From: an uncultured Candidatus Actinomarina sp.
Lineage (GTDB): Bacteria > Actinomycetota > Acidimicrobiia > Actinomarinales > Actinomarinaceae
Direction: 5' to 3'
DNA: 64,000 nucleotides
Assembly (NCBI GenBank): GCA_902613615.1
Contig: CACMHQ010000001.1
Location: 76,567 to 140,566 of the forward strand
Below the pieces are notes generated by a model, which had not been told where the DNA came from, did no database searches, and worked only from the letters and a program-made list of their open reading frames with translations. Numbering within the stretch: position 1 is the first letter of the stretch; every line of letters begins with the position of its first letter. This document shows, one piece after another, positions 47,185 through 57,142 of the stretch. A program made the translations under genes and the position numbers.

Positions 47185-47975
47185 TTCTTCAGCTTTTTTT
47201 GAAGCTCTCTCCACTTATTAGTCCAAGTTGGAATCACAGCTTCACCCCATGGCTTTAGATCTCCAACAAAATGTACAATTAATGGATCCTCATAATTTTG
47301 AGATAATTTTTTATCTTCAGTTAATTTGAATGCTAATAAGTTAAACGTAATTGGCAATGGTGACCATTTATTTCTAAATACAAAATTCATAGCATCTTGT
47401 TCAATGCAATCTGTAGGACCGTTATTTTTAATCCAATTTATAAATTTATCTTCTAAATTTTCTTTTCTCCAATAATCTAAATCAGCAATAAAAACTCCAT
47501 TATTAAAGTAAGGAAGGTCAGGGTTTGAAAATGTTTTTTTACTCATTCCTGAATATTCAACAGTTGCTAACAATTTATTTGATAAAGGGTAATCAATTAG
47601 TGGTTTTATATTTCTATTAACGTATGTATCAGGATCTATATAAATTCCTTTTTTATACTGAGGAAACAAAGACCCGATAAACAGTCTGTGGCTCATATTT
47701 TTGGATATGTATCCCGCCTCATAAGCCAATCCATCTTTATCAAGCTTATTAAATCTATCTGAACATTTAAACTTAATATTTAAATTTTCACAATTAATTT
47801 TATTTACAAACTCACCCTCTTGTAATAGTAAATTTTGAGGAACTAAACACATTAGGTCAAAAATGTGATCTTCATGATAGTTGATGCTTAATGACTTAAT
47901 GAAAACGGCTGCATATTCGATATAGTTTTGATCAAATGAAGTAATTATTACACTATCTTTATAATTATTTACCAT
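47181..47975 (-). CDS. Glycosyltransferase family 8 protein
   Basis: IITSFDQNY, DxD-type YIDPDTYV, FNNGVFIADL, EQDAMN, all typical GT8 boxes. Confidence 0.75.
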   Translation of the reverse strand: MVNNYKDSVIITSFDQNYIEYAAVFIKSLSINYHEDHIFDLMCLVPQNLLLQEGEFVNKINCENLNIKFKCSDRFNKLDKDGLAYEAGYISKNMSHRLFIGSLFPQYKKGIYIDPDTYVNRNIKPLIDYPLSNKLLATVEYSGMSKKTFSNPDLPYFNNGVFIADLDYWRKENLEDKFINWIKNNGPTDCIEQDAMNFVFRNKWSPLPITFNLLAFKLTEDKKLSQNYEDPLIVHFVGDLKPWGEAVIPTWTNKWRELQKKLKN

Positions 47976-48089
47976 AGTTCTACTTTAAATCCTTTAATAA
48001 AAATAAAGGATTTAATTTAAAAATGATTAATTTAATTAGTTTATTTTATATTTGTAAATTAAAATTCTAATAAAGAATAAGGAAATTTT

Positions 48090-50018
48090 ATGTCAAAACT
48101 TCATGATTTCATGAAAAATAGAGAAGCTTCAGTAACAAGTGTCGTGGATGGTAAAACTATTATTGATTACTTTAACCAAAATGCAGATGAATTCCCAGAT
48201 TATCCAGCACTTAACACTCCGATCAACGATGAATATTCTGGATGGGACTCAACATCATGGTCAGAATATAGAGAACTAGTACATAACCTTGCAGCTGGAC
48301 TTATTGATATTGGTTTTAGTCAGGGAGATAATGGCTTTATTGTATCCGACAATACAAAAGAACATTTTATTTCAGATTTATCAATAATGCATGCAGGAGG
48401 AACACCGTCAACAATTTATAAACAGCTTAAAGGTGGACAAATTGCCTATATATCAAATTTATTAGATGCAAAAATTGCATTTGTAGGAAACTCGGAGTTA
48501 TTTGAAGAAGTAAATAAAGCAAAAAAAGAATGTAAAAATCTTGAATATATCATCCTCATTGAAGATTATGAACAACACAAAGACCTAGATTATGTTCTAA
48601 ATTTTCAGGAATTAATTGAAAACGGAAAAAGATTAAATGAATCAGATTCCTCAAAACTTGAAAATGCTATTGCAAGTGTTACACCTCAGTCATTAGCGTG
48701 TTTAATCTTTACATCCGGCACAACAGGTAATCCAAAGGGTGTAATGATTACACATGAAAACGTATTATGGACCGCACAGAGTCTTTTTGCTGAAACTGTT
48801 CAATTGTCAACAAATCCAAGGATTGTTTCATATCTGCCAATGGCACATATTGCTGCAAGATTAGGAGATCATTATCAGTCAATTTATAGAAGAGGACAAA
48901 TTTTTCCAGTTCCAGTATTAGAAGATATGGCAAAAGCACTTCCAACGATCAAACCATCTATATTTTTAGCAGTACCTAGAGTCTGGGAACGTTTTCAATC
49001 TGGTCTGTTGAACAAAATTAATGAATCTGATAAAAAAGACTTAGCATTGAAAGCTATAGACAATGGTCTTGAAAGAGTTGAGTATGAACAGCGTGGAGAG
49101 AAACCACCAATTGGTATAAGGCTAAAAGATGCAATATTTAAGAAACTTGTTTTTGAGAAGTCATTTAAACAAGGACTAGGACTTGACAGTACAGAAATTT
49201 TTGCAACTGCTGCTGCACCAATGAATCCAGAAGTGCATAAATGGTTTCATGCAATTCATATTGATGTTACTGAAATTTATGGAATGACTGAGGATACGGG
49301 TCCTGCAACTATTGGTATACCAAATCACGCTATTGACTATGTGAAAAATATGTTTAAATCAGGAAGTGTTCCAATTCCTGAAGTACTAAATCCTATTGGC
49401 AAGGTAGGTATTCCACTTGCGGGAACTGAGGTAAAAGTTCTTGATGATGGTGAATTATGTATTAAAGGTAAGCATGTTGCATCAGGATATTATAAATTAG
49501 AGGAAGAAACAAAAGAAACCTTTGATAATGATGGGTGGCTACATACAGGTGATCTTGCAGAAATTGATGAAAATGGATACGTTAAAATTGTAGGAAGAAA
49601 AAAAGAAATAATTATAACTTCAGGTGGAAAAAATATAGCCCCCGTTGAAATTGAAGATTACGTAAAGCCTCATACACTCGTAGGTCAAATTTGTGTTGTT
49701 GGAGATAGTAAAAAATTCTTATCAGCTTTAATTGTTCTTGATGGTGATGGTGGTGCCGAAAAATGGGCAGAAGAAAATGGAGTTGAATATAACATTAGAG
49801 ATATGTCAAAAAATTCTAAAGTTGTCGAAGCAATACAGGAACAGATTGATGAAGCAAATTCCAAAGTTGCTAGAGTGCAACAAATAAAGAAGTTTACACT
49901 TCTTGAAAATGAATGGACAGACTCAAGTGGTGAATTAACACCAACTTTGAAATTAAAAAGAAATGTTATTGCTGAGAGATACAAAAACGAAATTGAATCA
50001 ATGTACGAGGAGGCCTAA
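48090..50018 (+). CDS. Long-chain acyl-CoA synthetase (AMP-forming)
   Basis: AMP-binding motif FTSGTTGNPKGV, YGMTE, TGDLAE...GRKKEII. Confidence 0.9.
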   Translation: MSKLHDFMKNREASVTSVVDGKTIIDYFNQNADEFPDYPALNTPINDEYSGWDSTSWSEYRELVHNLAAGLIDIGFSQGDNGFIVSDNTKEHFISDLSIMHAGGTPSTIYKQLKGGQIAYISNLLDAKIAFVGNSELFEEVNKAKKECKNLEYIILIEDYEQHKDLDYVLNFQELIENGKRLNESDSSKLENAIASVTPQSLACLIFTSGTTGNPKGVMITHENVLWTAQSLFAETVQLSTNPRIVSYLPMAHIAARLGDHYQSIYRRGQIFPVPVLEDMAKALPTIKPSIFLAVPRVWERFQSGLLNKINESDKKDLALKAIDNGLERVEYEQRGEKPPIGIRLKDAIFKKLVFEKSFKQGLGLDSTEIFATAAAPMNPEVHKWFHAIHIDVTEIYGMTEDTGPATIGIPNHAIDYVKNMFKSGSVPIPEVLNPIGKVGIPLAGTEVKVLDDGELCIKGKHVASGYYKLEEETKETFDNDGWLHTGDLAEIDENGYVKIVGRKKEIIITSGGKNIAPVEIEDYVKPHTLVGQICVVGDSKKFLSALIVLDGDGGAEKWAEENGVEYNIRDMSKNSKVVEAIQEQIDEANSKVARVQQIKKFTLLENEWTDSSGELTPTLKLKRNVIAERYKNEIESMYEEA

Positions 50019-50020
50019 AT

Positions 50021-50935
50021 ATGTCAGATGTTAATTTTGAAAACAGAGTAGCGATTGTTACAGGTGCCGGGAATGGATTAGGTAAAGCATATGCACTAGA
50101 GCTTGGTAAAAGAGGTGCAAAAGTTGTAGTAAACGACCTCGGAGGCGCTGTTGATGGTTCTGGTTCAGGTAATTCGCCAGCAGATGATGTTGTTAATGAA
50201 ATTATCAAAAATGGTGGTGAAGCTGTTGCAAATTATGATTCTGTTGCTTCAAAAGATGGTGGAGAGTCAATAGTCCAAACTGCAGTAGATAATTTTGGAA
50301 CTGTTGACGCTGTAATTAATAATGCCGGGATATTGAGAGATAGAAGTTTCGCAAATATGACAGAGGAAGAATTTTTGTTGATTATTGATGTACATCTAAA
50401 AGGAACGTTTTATGTGACTCATCCTGCATTTAAAATAATGAAGGAAAACAATTATGGAAGAATTGTAAATGTTGCCTCTCCATCGGGTTTGTTTGGAAAT
50501 TTTGGTCAAGCAAATTATGGTGCAGCAAAAATGGGTATAGTTGGTCTAACTAATGTCTTAGCGATTGAAGGAGCTAAATACAATATTAAGGTTAATGTAA
50601 TTGCTCCTACTGCTTACACAAGAATGACGGAAGGACTTATACCTGAAGATGTTGGTAAATTCATGACTCCTGAGCTTGTCACTCCATTAGTTACGTATCT
50701 TGCATCTGAAGCATGTGAACCAACCCACGAAATATATGGTGTTGCCGCAGGTAGGTTTGCAAGAATTGGGATAATTACACATGAAGGTTATGTTAACCAA
50801 CAAGCAACAGCAGAAGACATAGCCAACAACATAGATGAGATAAGAACTATTACAGATGGAACTTATCCTTTAAGTAATGATGATGAAAATATGTTGATAA
50901 TGAAAGCTTTACAAGGAAATAGCTCTAACGAGTGA
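50021..50935 (+). CDS. SDR resembling the (R)-3-hydroxyacyl-CoA dehydrogenase domain of MFE-2
   Basis: VTGAGNGLGKAYALELGKRGAKVVVNDLGG...ADDVVNEI...GG.AVANYDSV and YGAAK match the MFE-2/HSD17B4 N-terminal domain pattern. Confidence 0.85.
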   Translation: MSDVNFENRVAIVTGAGNGLGKAYALELGKRGAKVVVNDLGGAVDGSGSGNSPADDVVNEIIKNGGEAVANYDSVASKDGGESIVQTAVDNFGTVDAVINNAGILRDRSFANMTEEEFLLIIDVHLKGTFYVTHPAFKIMKENNYGRIVNVASPSGLFGNFGQANYGAAKMGIVGLTNVLAIEGAKYNIKVNVIAPTAYTRMTEGLIPEDVGKFMTPELVTPLVTYLASEACEPTHEIYGVAAGRFARIGIITHEGYVNQQATAEDIANNIDEIRTITDGTYPLSNDDENMLIMKALQGNSSNE

Positions 50936-50952
50936 TCAGTGTATAATTTAAT

Positions 50953-52170
50953 ATGGCAAAAATTGAAACAAAACCAGCTGATGCGGAAGAGTTAGTTAAA
51001 GATAGACTCAAAGAATTAATTTCATTCAGAGAAGAAAATCAAGATATTAAAGATTTTTGGGGAAAACAATTTGATTTAGGTTTAGCTTGGGTTCATTTTC
51101 CAGAAGGCTCTGGTGGTTTAAACGTAAATCCAAAGTTTCAATTACTTGTTAATGAAACCCTTCGTAATGAAGGAATTTCAACCAGTAATCGGATAGCAAA
51201 TTTACTTGGTATTGGGATGGGCGCTCCAACAATTAAGGAATATGGTACTCAGGAGCAAATTGATAAATATCTAAGACCCATGTTCACTGCTGATGAAATC
51301 TGGTGTCAATTATTTTCTGAGCCAGGATCTGGTTCAGATTTAGCAAGCCTTTCAACAAAAGCAGTTGATGACGGTGATGGCTACATTGTTAATGGTCAAA
51401 AAGTTTGGACTACATTAGGTCACTTATCAAAATGGGGCTTACTTGTTACAAGAACAGATCCAGATGTTCCAAAGCACCGTGGGTTAACATTTTTTATAGT
51501 AGATATGGAATCAGAGGGAGTCGAAGTAAGGCCATTAAGACAAATTACAGGAGAAGCAGAGTTCAATGAAGTTTATTTTACGGATGTAAAAATCCCAAAA
51601 GAGAACGTTTTAGGAGAAGTGGGTGATGGCTGGAGAGTATCATTAGCAATATTGATGAATGAAAGAGTTGCTATAGGTGGTAACGTAAGACAAAGAGGAA
51701 GTGGAGCTCCTGGGCACCTTGTACAACTTTGGAAAGATCGCAACTTAGATGACCCTGTTGTCAAGGACAAACTTGTAGAGTTATGGATTCAACAAGAAGC
51801 TGTTCGCCTTACGAACATGAGAGCTTCTGAATTGAGAGAGAAGGGAACACCTGGTCCTGAAGGGTCTACTAGTAAGCTACACGAAGCTGAAATTAACAAA
51901 TCTTCATATGAATTTGGTATGGAAATGTTAGGAAATGATGGATTGTTATTTCCTAGAGGATATGAGTTATCTCAACCTGAATTAAATTTTGATAATGATT
52001 CTTATGGATTCACAGATACCCAAAGTTTATTTTTAAGATCTCGTGCTAACTCTATAGAAGGTGGTACATCTGAAATAATGAGAAATATCATTGCTGAGAG
52101 AGTTCTTGGTCTTCCTAGCGAACCTAAGCTAGATAAAGACAAGGCATGGAAAGATTTGCCTAGGTCCTAA
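50953..52170 (+). CDS. Acyl-CoA dehydrogenase
   Basis: SEPGSGSDLASL, GQKVWTT, C-terminal IEGGTSEIMRNIIAE. Confidence 0.9.
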   Translation: MAKIETKPADAEELVKDRLKELISFREENQDIKDFWGKQFDLGLAWVHFPEGSGGLNVNPKFQLLVNETLRNEGISTSNRIANLLGIGMGAPTIKEYGTQEQIDKYLRPMFTADEIWCQLFSEPGSGSDLASLSTKAVDDGDGYIVNGQKVWTTLGHLSKWGLLVTRTDPDVPKHRGLTFFIVDMESEGVEVRPLRQITGEAEFNEVYFTDVKIPKENVLGEVGDGWRVSLAILMNERVAIGGNVRQRGSGAPGHLVQLWKDRNLDDPVVKDKLVELWIQQEAVRLTNMRASELREKGTPGPEGSTSKLHEAEINKSSYEFGMEMLGNDGLLFPRGYELSQPELNFDNDSYGFTDTQSLFLRSRANSIEGGTSEIMRNIIAERVLGLPSEPKLDKDKAWKDLPRS

Positions 52171-52784
52171 CTATAAATAATTAAACAAAATTTTCCATCA
52201 GAAACTGATATATTTATTTTTTCATTTCTTGCAATGTTTCGAAGCGTTTTAGATTGCCCAAACTCTATATTTTCATTTTCTAAATTCCATTCCGCTCCGG
52301 TAATATTTAAGTTTATTAAATCTGAAAATGGTAAAACACTAAATTTATTGTTTATACCTATTTTTATGCTTTCAGATTCTGGAAATAGAATCTCCTGTTC
52401 TCCGTGAAGCCATAAAATATTTTGGTCTGTATGTAATTTAGCAATAGCAAACAATGATCCAAATAAGTGATCAATATCACCATACTCACCTCCGATTACA
52501 GTTACATCTTTGATTTTTAAATCTATTATGTGGCTTAATGCAATTTCAAAATCTGTATAGTCTTTATTTTTTTTATACTCCAAAATCTCAATTCTATCTT
52601 TATTTACTCTGTCATATGTTTTTGTACTTATGGAATCAAGATCGCCAATAATCAAATCAGGCTTCAAAAATAATTTGTAAGCATGTTCAGCTCCGGAATC
52701 AACAGCGACAATATAGTCAAATTTCTCTATTTGATCTCTATTTGTCGTGTTATCACCACCATTAATGATTAATGCATTTTTCAT
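52167..52784 (-). CDS. Thiamine pyrophosphokinase
   Basis: AVDSGA, IIGDLDSI, KDYTDFEIAL motifs and the C-terminal beta-sandwich length. Confidence 0.75.
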   Translation of the reverse strand: MKNALIINGGDNTTNRDQIEKFDYIVAVDSGAEHAYKLFLKPDLIIGDLDSISTKTYDRVNKDRIEILEYKKNKDYTDFEIALSHIIDLKIKDVTVIGGEYGDIDHLFGSLFAIAKLHTDQNILWLHGEQEILFPESESIKIGINNKFSVLPFSDLINLNITGAEWNLENENIEFGQSKTLRNIARNEKINISVSDGKFCLIIYS

Positions 52785-52807
52785 ATTTTATTGAAGGTTA
52801 TCATACT

Positions 52808-53989
52808 TTATTTGATAATCGGATTGGCTAAATCCAAAGCTAAAGTTAGGGATTCCATTACTTTTTCTTTGCTATCTCCCTGTGAAAAAACAAAACCTAA
52901 ATATTTATCTCCAAAAGGTGGTTCTAAAAGATTTGAGTTTTCAGATACAGTAATCTCAACCCCAGAAACATTAGGTATACTTTCAAGTTCATTCTTATTG
53001 ATCGAGATAAATTTTCCCGATATTGGTGTTGGTATCATTAGTACCCCTACAAAATTACTGAGTAGATCAATACTCTTTAATTCATTATTTAAGAATGCGT
53101 GAAGTGCAATTTCTTCAAGTGAAGTTTTAAACAAACCAAAACTTAAGCATCTTGAACATAAACCACCAATCATTCTTGGATTTATCTCAATTATGAATAT
53201 TTCCTTATTATGTATTTTAAATTCAACGTGTACAGGTCCATTTTCAAGACCTAGTTTTTTACAAGCTTTTCCAATTAAATTAACTATTTCTTTTTGAGTT
53301 TTATCTGGTATTTCTGTTGGAGCAATATATATAGATTCTTCGAAATAAGGCTCTTTATAATTAATTGGCTTGTCAAATATAACTATTTTATTTAATTCAG
53401 AATTAATTAAATTTCCTTCTAATGCATACTCACTTCCATCGACAAATTCTTCGATAATTAAATCCTGATCTGAACAGTCTTGCATTAATTTTTCCACCTC
53501 AGCTTTGTTTTCTTGAAAACTTTCAACTTTTATAACACTTTTACTGGCTGTGCCATAAATAGGTTTTAACACAGAGGTTCCATTTTCATTAATAAATATC
53601 TCTATATCTTCAATTTTATTCACGATTGCATTTTGAATTTTTATTTCGGATATTGAATTAAATATGTTTCTTGATTCAAATTTGTTCATCGCAGTATTAA
53701 TTGATTTAGTGTTATTACCTTTAGCCTTCAGTAAATCTACGAGATATGCAGAAAATTTAAGAGCACTATGGTCTACTGGAAGTATATGAGTTACATCTTG
53801 AAGTTTTTCTTTTACATCATTCTCTAATTCCTCATCAAAACTATGAATTATTACTGTATCTGAGAATTGACCGGAAACCTGCTGGCTATCTGTAATTACT
53901 AAGAAATCAAGATCTAGTTTTTCAGCTGATGTAACAAAATCGTTTGATTTATAGCTATTTTCTGGAATAACAAGTAATAGTTTCTTCAT
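52808..53989 (-). CDS. ATP-grasp-domain ligase of unknown specificity
   Basis: ATP-grasp core: VLKPIYGTASKSV, IIEEFVDGSEYALEG, GPVHVEF...IIEINPRMIGG. Confidence 0.7.
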   Translation of the reverse strand: MKKLLLVIPENSYKSNDFVTSAEKLDLDFLVITDSQQVSGQFSDTVIIHSFDEELENDVKEKLQDVTHILPVDHSALKFSAYLVDLLKAKGNNTKSINTAMNKFESRNIFNSISEIKIQNAIVNKIEDIEIFINENGTSVLKPIYGTASKSVIKVESFQENKAEVEKLMQDCSDQDLIIEEFVDGSEYALEGNLINSELNKIVIFDKPINYKEPYFEESIYIAPTEIPDKTQKEIVNLIGKACKKLGLENGPVHVEFKIHNKEIFIIEINPRMIGGLCSRCLSFGLFKTSLEEIALHAFLNNELKSIDLLSNFVGVLMIPTPISGKFISINKNELESIPNVSGVEITVSENSNLLEPPFGDKYLGFVFSQGDSKEKVMESLTLALDLANPIIK

Positions 53990-54029
53990 ATTTATTTACA
54001 CATATCTTGAGCTTACTAATATTAAGTAT

Positions 54030-54662
54030 ATGACTGACGAATTTAAATTCAATATTGGTGATACCGCCGTTTCTAAAATTCTTGAATTGAGAGAGCAGGA
54101 GCCAGGTGAAAAAGATTATGCCTTATTTCTGCAAATAGATGGTGTCCAAGGAAATCAATATACTTACGACTTAAGTTTCCTTGACTTAGATCAGGCAAGA
54201 CCAGATGATAAAAGAATAGAATTTGGCGAACTTTCCGTAGTCATTGCTAGTAAAGATGTTGATAATTTTAACGGAGCAAGCCTTGACATGTCAGACGATC
54301 CAGACGCTCCTGGATTGACAATGGATAACCCTAACACTCCAAGCCCAGCAATGTTTGGGAACCCTGAAGACATGCCTGAACTTACAGGTGAACTAGCAGA
54401 GAAAGTACAGACAGTTTTAGAGAGTCAGATAAATCCTGCAATAGCCTCCCACGGTGGTCAAGCAAGTCTTGTAGGAGTAGAAGGCCAAGATGTGTATCTT
54501 AGACTTGGTGGAGGTTGCCAAGGATGTGGTATGGCACAAGTAACTTTGACACAAGGTATTGAAAAGGCATTAAGAGATGCAGTACCGGAGATAGGTAATA
54601 TTATTGATGCAACTGATCACGCATCTGGTTCAAATCCTTATTTTGAATCTTCAAAAAAGTAA
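54030..54662 (+). CDS. NfuA-like Fe-S biogenesis protein (degenerate A-type N-domain plus Nfu C-domain)
   Basis: C-terminal INPAIASHGGQASLV...GGGCQGCGMAQVTL (CxxC). The N-terminal HesB/IscA-like fold lacks the Cys triad. Confidence 0.75.
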   Translation: MTDEFKFNIGDTAVSKILELREQEPGEKDYALFLQIDGVQGNQYTYDLSFLDLDQARPDDKRIEFGELSVVIASKDVDNFNGASLDMSDDPDAPGLTMDNPNTPSPAMFGNPEDMPELTGELAEKVQTVLESQINPAIASHGGQASLVGVEGQDVYLRLGGGCQGCGMAQVTLTQGIEKALRDAVPEIGNIIDATDHASGSNPYFESSKK

Positions 54663-55634
54663 TTAAAAGCTAATAACTGTTTTTCCTATATTTTTACGAG
54701 ATAAGAAATTTTCTAATGCAAGGGGAGTCTCTTCAATTGTATGAACATTTTTTGGCTCAATATTTAATTCACCTTTTTCAATAAAACTTAAGAGTTCTCC
54801 AAAATCTTCTGCCGTTTCTTCTGGTGAAGTTGTTGTCCATCGTCCCCACCACACTCCAACTATCGAAACACCTTTTACCAAAGTTAAATTAAGAGGTATC
54901 TTTGGAATGTTTCCATCTGTGAAACCAATTACAAGTAGCCTCCCATTCCAAGCTGTAGCCCTCAAAGCTTGCTCAGTGACATTACCACCAACTGGGTCCA
55001 TGACCACGTCAACACCCTTACCGTTAGTTAGTTCTTTTGTTGTTTCCTTTAAATCAACTTGGTCATATCGTATAATTTGATCTGCACCTAATGATTTTAC
55101 GTATTCCTCTTTTTCATCACTGCCAACTGCACATAGAGTCTTTACACCCATAACTTTTGCCAATTGGATAGTTGCAGTTCCAATTCCTCCTGCAGCACCA
55201 AGAACAAGTAAACTTTCACCGTTCTGTATATTTGCTCTTCTTTTTAATGCGTAATAACAAGTTCCGTAGTTTATAGGTAAGCTTGCCCCAGCATAGGAAT
55301 CAACTGCTTCAGATACCGGTATAACTAAACTTTTATGTACGCTTACAAATTCTGCAAAACCACCCATTGGAGGTAAAGCTATAACTTTTGTACCAATCTT
55401 AATTTCAACATCTTCTCCAATTCCTTCTACAATCCCACAAACTTCTGTTCCGGGTGTAAATGGTGGGTCCATAACAATCTGATATTTTCCTTGTACCATC
55501 AGAGCATCTGGAAAATTTACACCTGCAGCTTCAACTTTTATTAATACTTCATTTTTTTGGGGTTCTGAGATAGGATTATCTTGAATTTCAAGGAGATTAG
55601 GCTCACCAAGTGTTGTACAAACTACAGCTTTCAT
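54663..55634 (-). CDS. NADPH:quinone oxidoreductase-like MDR (zeta-crystallin type, no Zn ligands)
   Basis: AAGVNFPDALMVQGKY and the Rossmann LVLGAAGGIGTATIQLAK. Confidence 0.85.
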   Translation of the reverse strand: MKAVVCTTLGEPNLLEIQDNPISEPQKNEVLIKVEAAGVNFPDALMVQGKYQIVMDPPFTPGTEVCGIVEGIGEDVEIKIGTKVIALPPMGGFAEFVSVHKSLVIPVSEAVDSYAGASLPINYGTCYYALKRRANIQNGESLLVLGAAGGIGTATIQLAKVMGVKTLCAVGSDEKEEYVKSLGADQIIRYDQVDLKETTKELTNGKGVDVVMDPVGGNVTEQALRATAWNGRLLVIGFTDGNIPKIPLNLTLVKGVSIVGVWWGRWTTTSPEETAEDFGELLSFIEKGELNIEPKNVHTIEETPLALENFLSRKNIGKTVISF

Positions 55635-57088
55635 TACTCTTCTCTTTTAATGATTCCAGACAACTTTTTTGCAAAGTTCTTCTTTTCTTCAATATCAACT
55701 TTTCTTGAAATTTGGATTCTTTGTGCTTGAGGGGATCCAGCTCCATGCATAGACTCAGTTAAATAAGCTACAGCATTTCTTCCTAAAGTCATATTTTCTA
55801 TTAGTCTCAACATTTTGACACGATCTTCAGTATTAATATCTTCTTTACCCTTTAAGTATTTTTTTAGATTTGGGGACATGTCACTTTCGTGAATGTCAAT
55901 TCCCGAGGGCATTGAAGCAACCAATCCTCCTGCAAGATCTTGTGCCAATCTTCCAATTTCATATGTTTCTTTTGTTACATGTTGCTTACAAACATTTGCC
56001 AATAAATCGTCATTGATAAAGTTTCCACTTTTTGTTTCTTTTCCTTGTAATGATGAAGCAATTCCCGTCGCGTATATTGTTTCATTTAATTTATTCATCT
56101 CAACTAATTTTTCTCTGATATGCGATTTGTTTTCGACTCCATTGTATTCAGCAATGGTTGCAGCTGCTCCAATCATTACATCTCCAACTCCAGCTTTACA
56201 AACATAAGATCTTCTGTGATAGCAAGTAAATCGTTCAACCAACATTGCTGCAAAATCATATTCACCATTCATAAATATGTATTCATTAGGTATAAATACA
56301 TTGTCAAAAATTACCATTGCTTCCTGGCCAGCAAAGTACTTATTACCAACATCGTATTCACCAGGCTCCATACTTCTTGTGTCACATGATTGACGCCCAT
56401 AAATGTAAGTTATACCTTCAGATTCGATTGGTAGCGCTCCAACTATTGCATAATCTTTATCATCTTCTGTAAGTCTTAAAGTTGGCATGATGACCATCCA
56501 ATGGGAATTTAAACAACCTGTCTGGTGAGCTTTTGCTCCAGAAACGTAAACACCTTTTTTGTCTCGTTTCACAACTCTGAGATATAAATCTTGGTCTGCC
56601 TGTTGATGAGGTGGCTTTGATCTATCACCTTTGACGTCAGTCATTGCGCCCCCAATAACGAGATTGGATTCATGCATTTTTGTTAAGAAACTTATAAATT
56701 TTTTGTGATAATCAGTCTTGTATTTTTCATCAATTTCGTAAGTTACTGAATGAAGAGCGTTGAATGCATCCATACCAACACATCTTTGAAAACAAGTCCC
56801 AGTTAATTGTCCCAACTTTCTTTGCATTTGGTTTTGTAGATATAAATCTTGATTATTTTCAGCAATGTGTAAAAACCTATTAATTGGCTCATTGGTATAA
56901 GGAGATATTGCAGAAGCTAATTCAGGTTCTCTCTCAGCAAGAGCATAGGTCTCAGCCATTGCTTCTATGCTTGGCTTTATTATTGGATGTGTCAATGGAT
57001 CTTCTACAAGCTCACCCATTAAGTAGATTGTTAGGTTTCTGTTTTTAAGAGAATCTAGATAATCAGCTTTTGTATGAATTTTTTCCAT
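55634..57088 (-). CDS. abfD: 4-hydroxybutyryl-CoA dehydratase / vinylacetyl-CoA isomerase homologue
   Basis: Collinear with Clostridium aminobutyricum AbfD as I recall it: TCFQRCVGMDAFNA, GAMTD.KGDR, GRQSCDTR, ESMHGAGSPQAQRI. Cys99 and Cys103 sit at the identical positions, with His291 and Cys297 where the remaining cluster ligands are expected. Confidence 0.85.
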   Translation of the reverse strand: MEKIHTKADYLDSLKNRNLTIYLMGELVEDPLTHPIIKPSIEAMAETYALAEREPELASAISPYTNEPINRFLHIAENNQDLYLQNQMQRKLGQLTGTCFQRCVGMDAFNALHSVTYEIDEKYKTDYHKKFISFLTKMHESNLVIGGAMTDVKGDRSKPPHQQADQDLYLRVVKRDKKGVYVSGAKAHQTGCLNSHWMVIMPTLRLTEDDKDYAIVGALPIESEGITYIYGRQSCDTRSMEPGEYDVGNKYFAGQEAMVIFDNVFIPNEYIFMNGEYDFAAMLVERFTCYHRRSYVCKAGVGDVMIGAAATIAEYNGVENKSHIREKLVEMNKLNETIYATGIASSLQGKETKSGNFINDDLLANVCKQHVTKETYEIGRLAQDLAGGLVASMPSGIDIHESDMSPNLKKYLKGKEDINTEDRVKMLRLIENMTLGRNAVAYLTESMHGAGSPQAQRIQISRKVDIEEKKNFAKKLSGIIKREE

Positions 57089-57142
57089 ACAACATTATAA
57101 ATTGTAAGATTGTGATTTAAAATTTAGTTACAAATTTAAAAT

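Noticed and set aside
52791-53102. 103-aa plus-strand ORF
   Set aside because: It is antisense to the C-terminal part of the ATP-grasp gene, has a low-complexity translation and no Shine-Dalgarno.
55634-57088. Alternative annotation as 4-hydroxyphenylacetate 3-monooxygenase (HpaB)
   Set aside because: HpaB-type enzymes share the fold but lack the CxxxC / H...C Fe-S ligand set. This ORF has Cys99, Cys103, His291 and Cys297 and long stretches matching AbfD.
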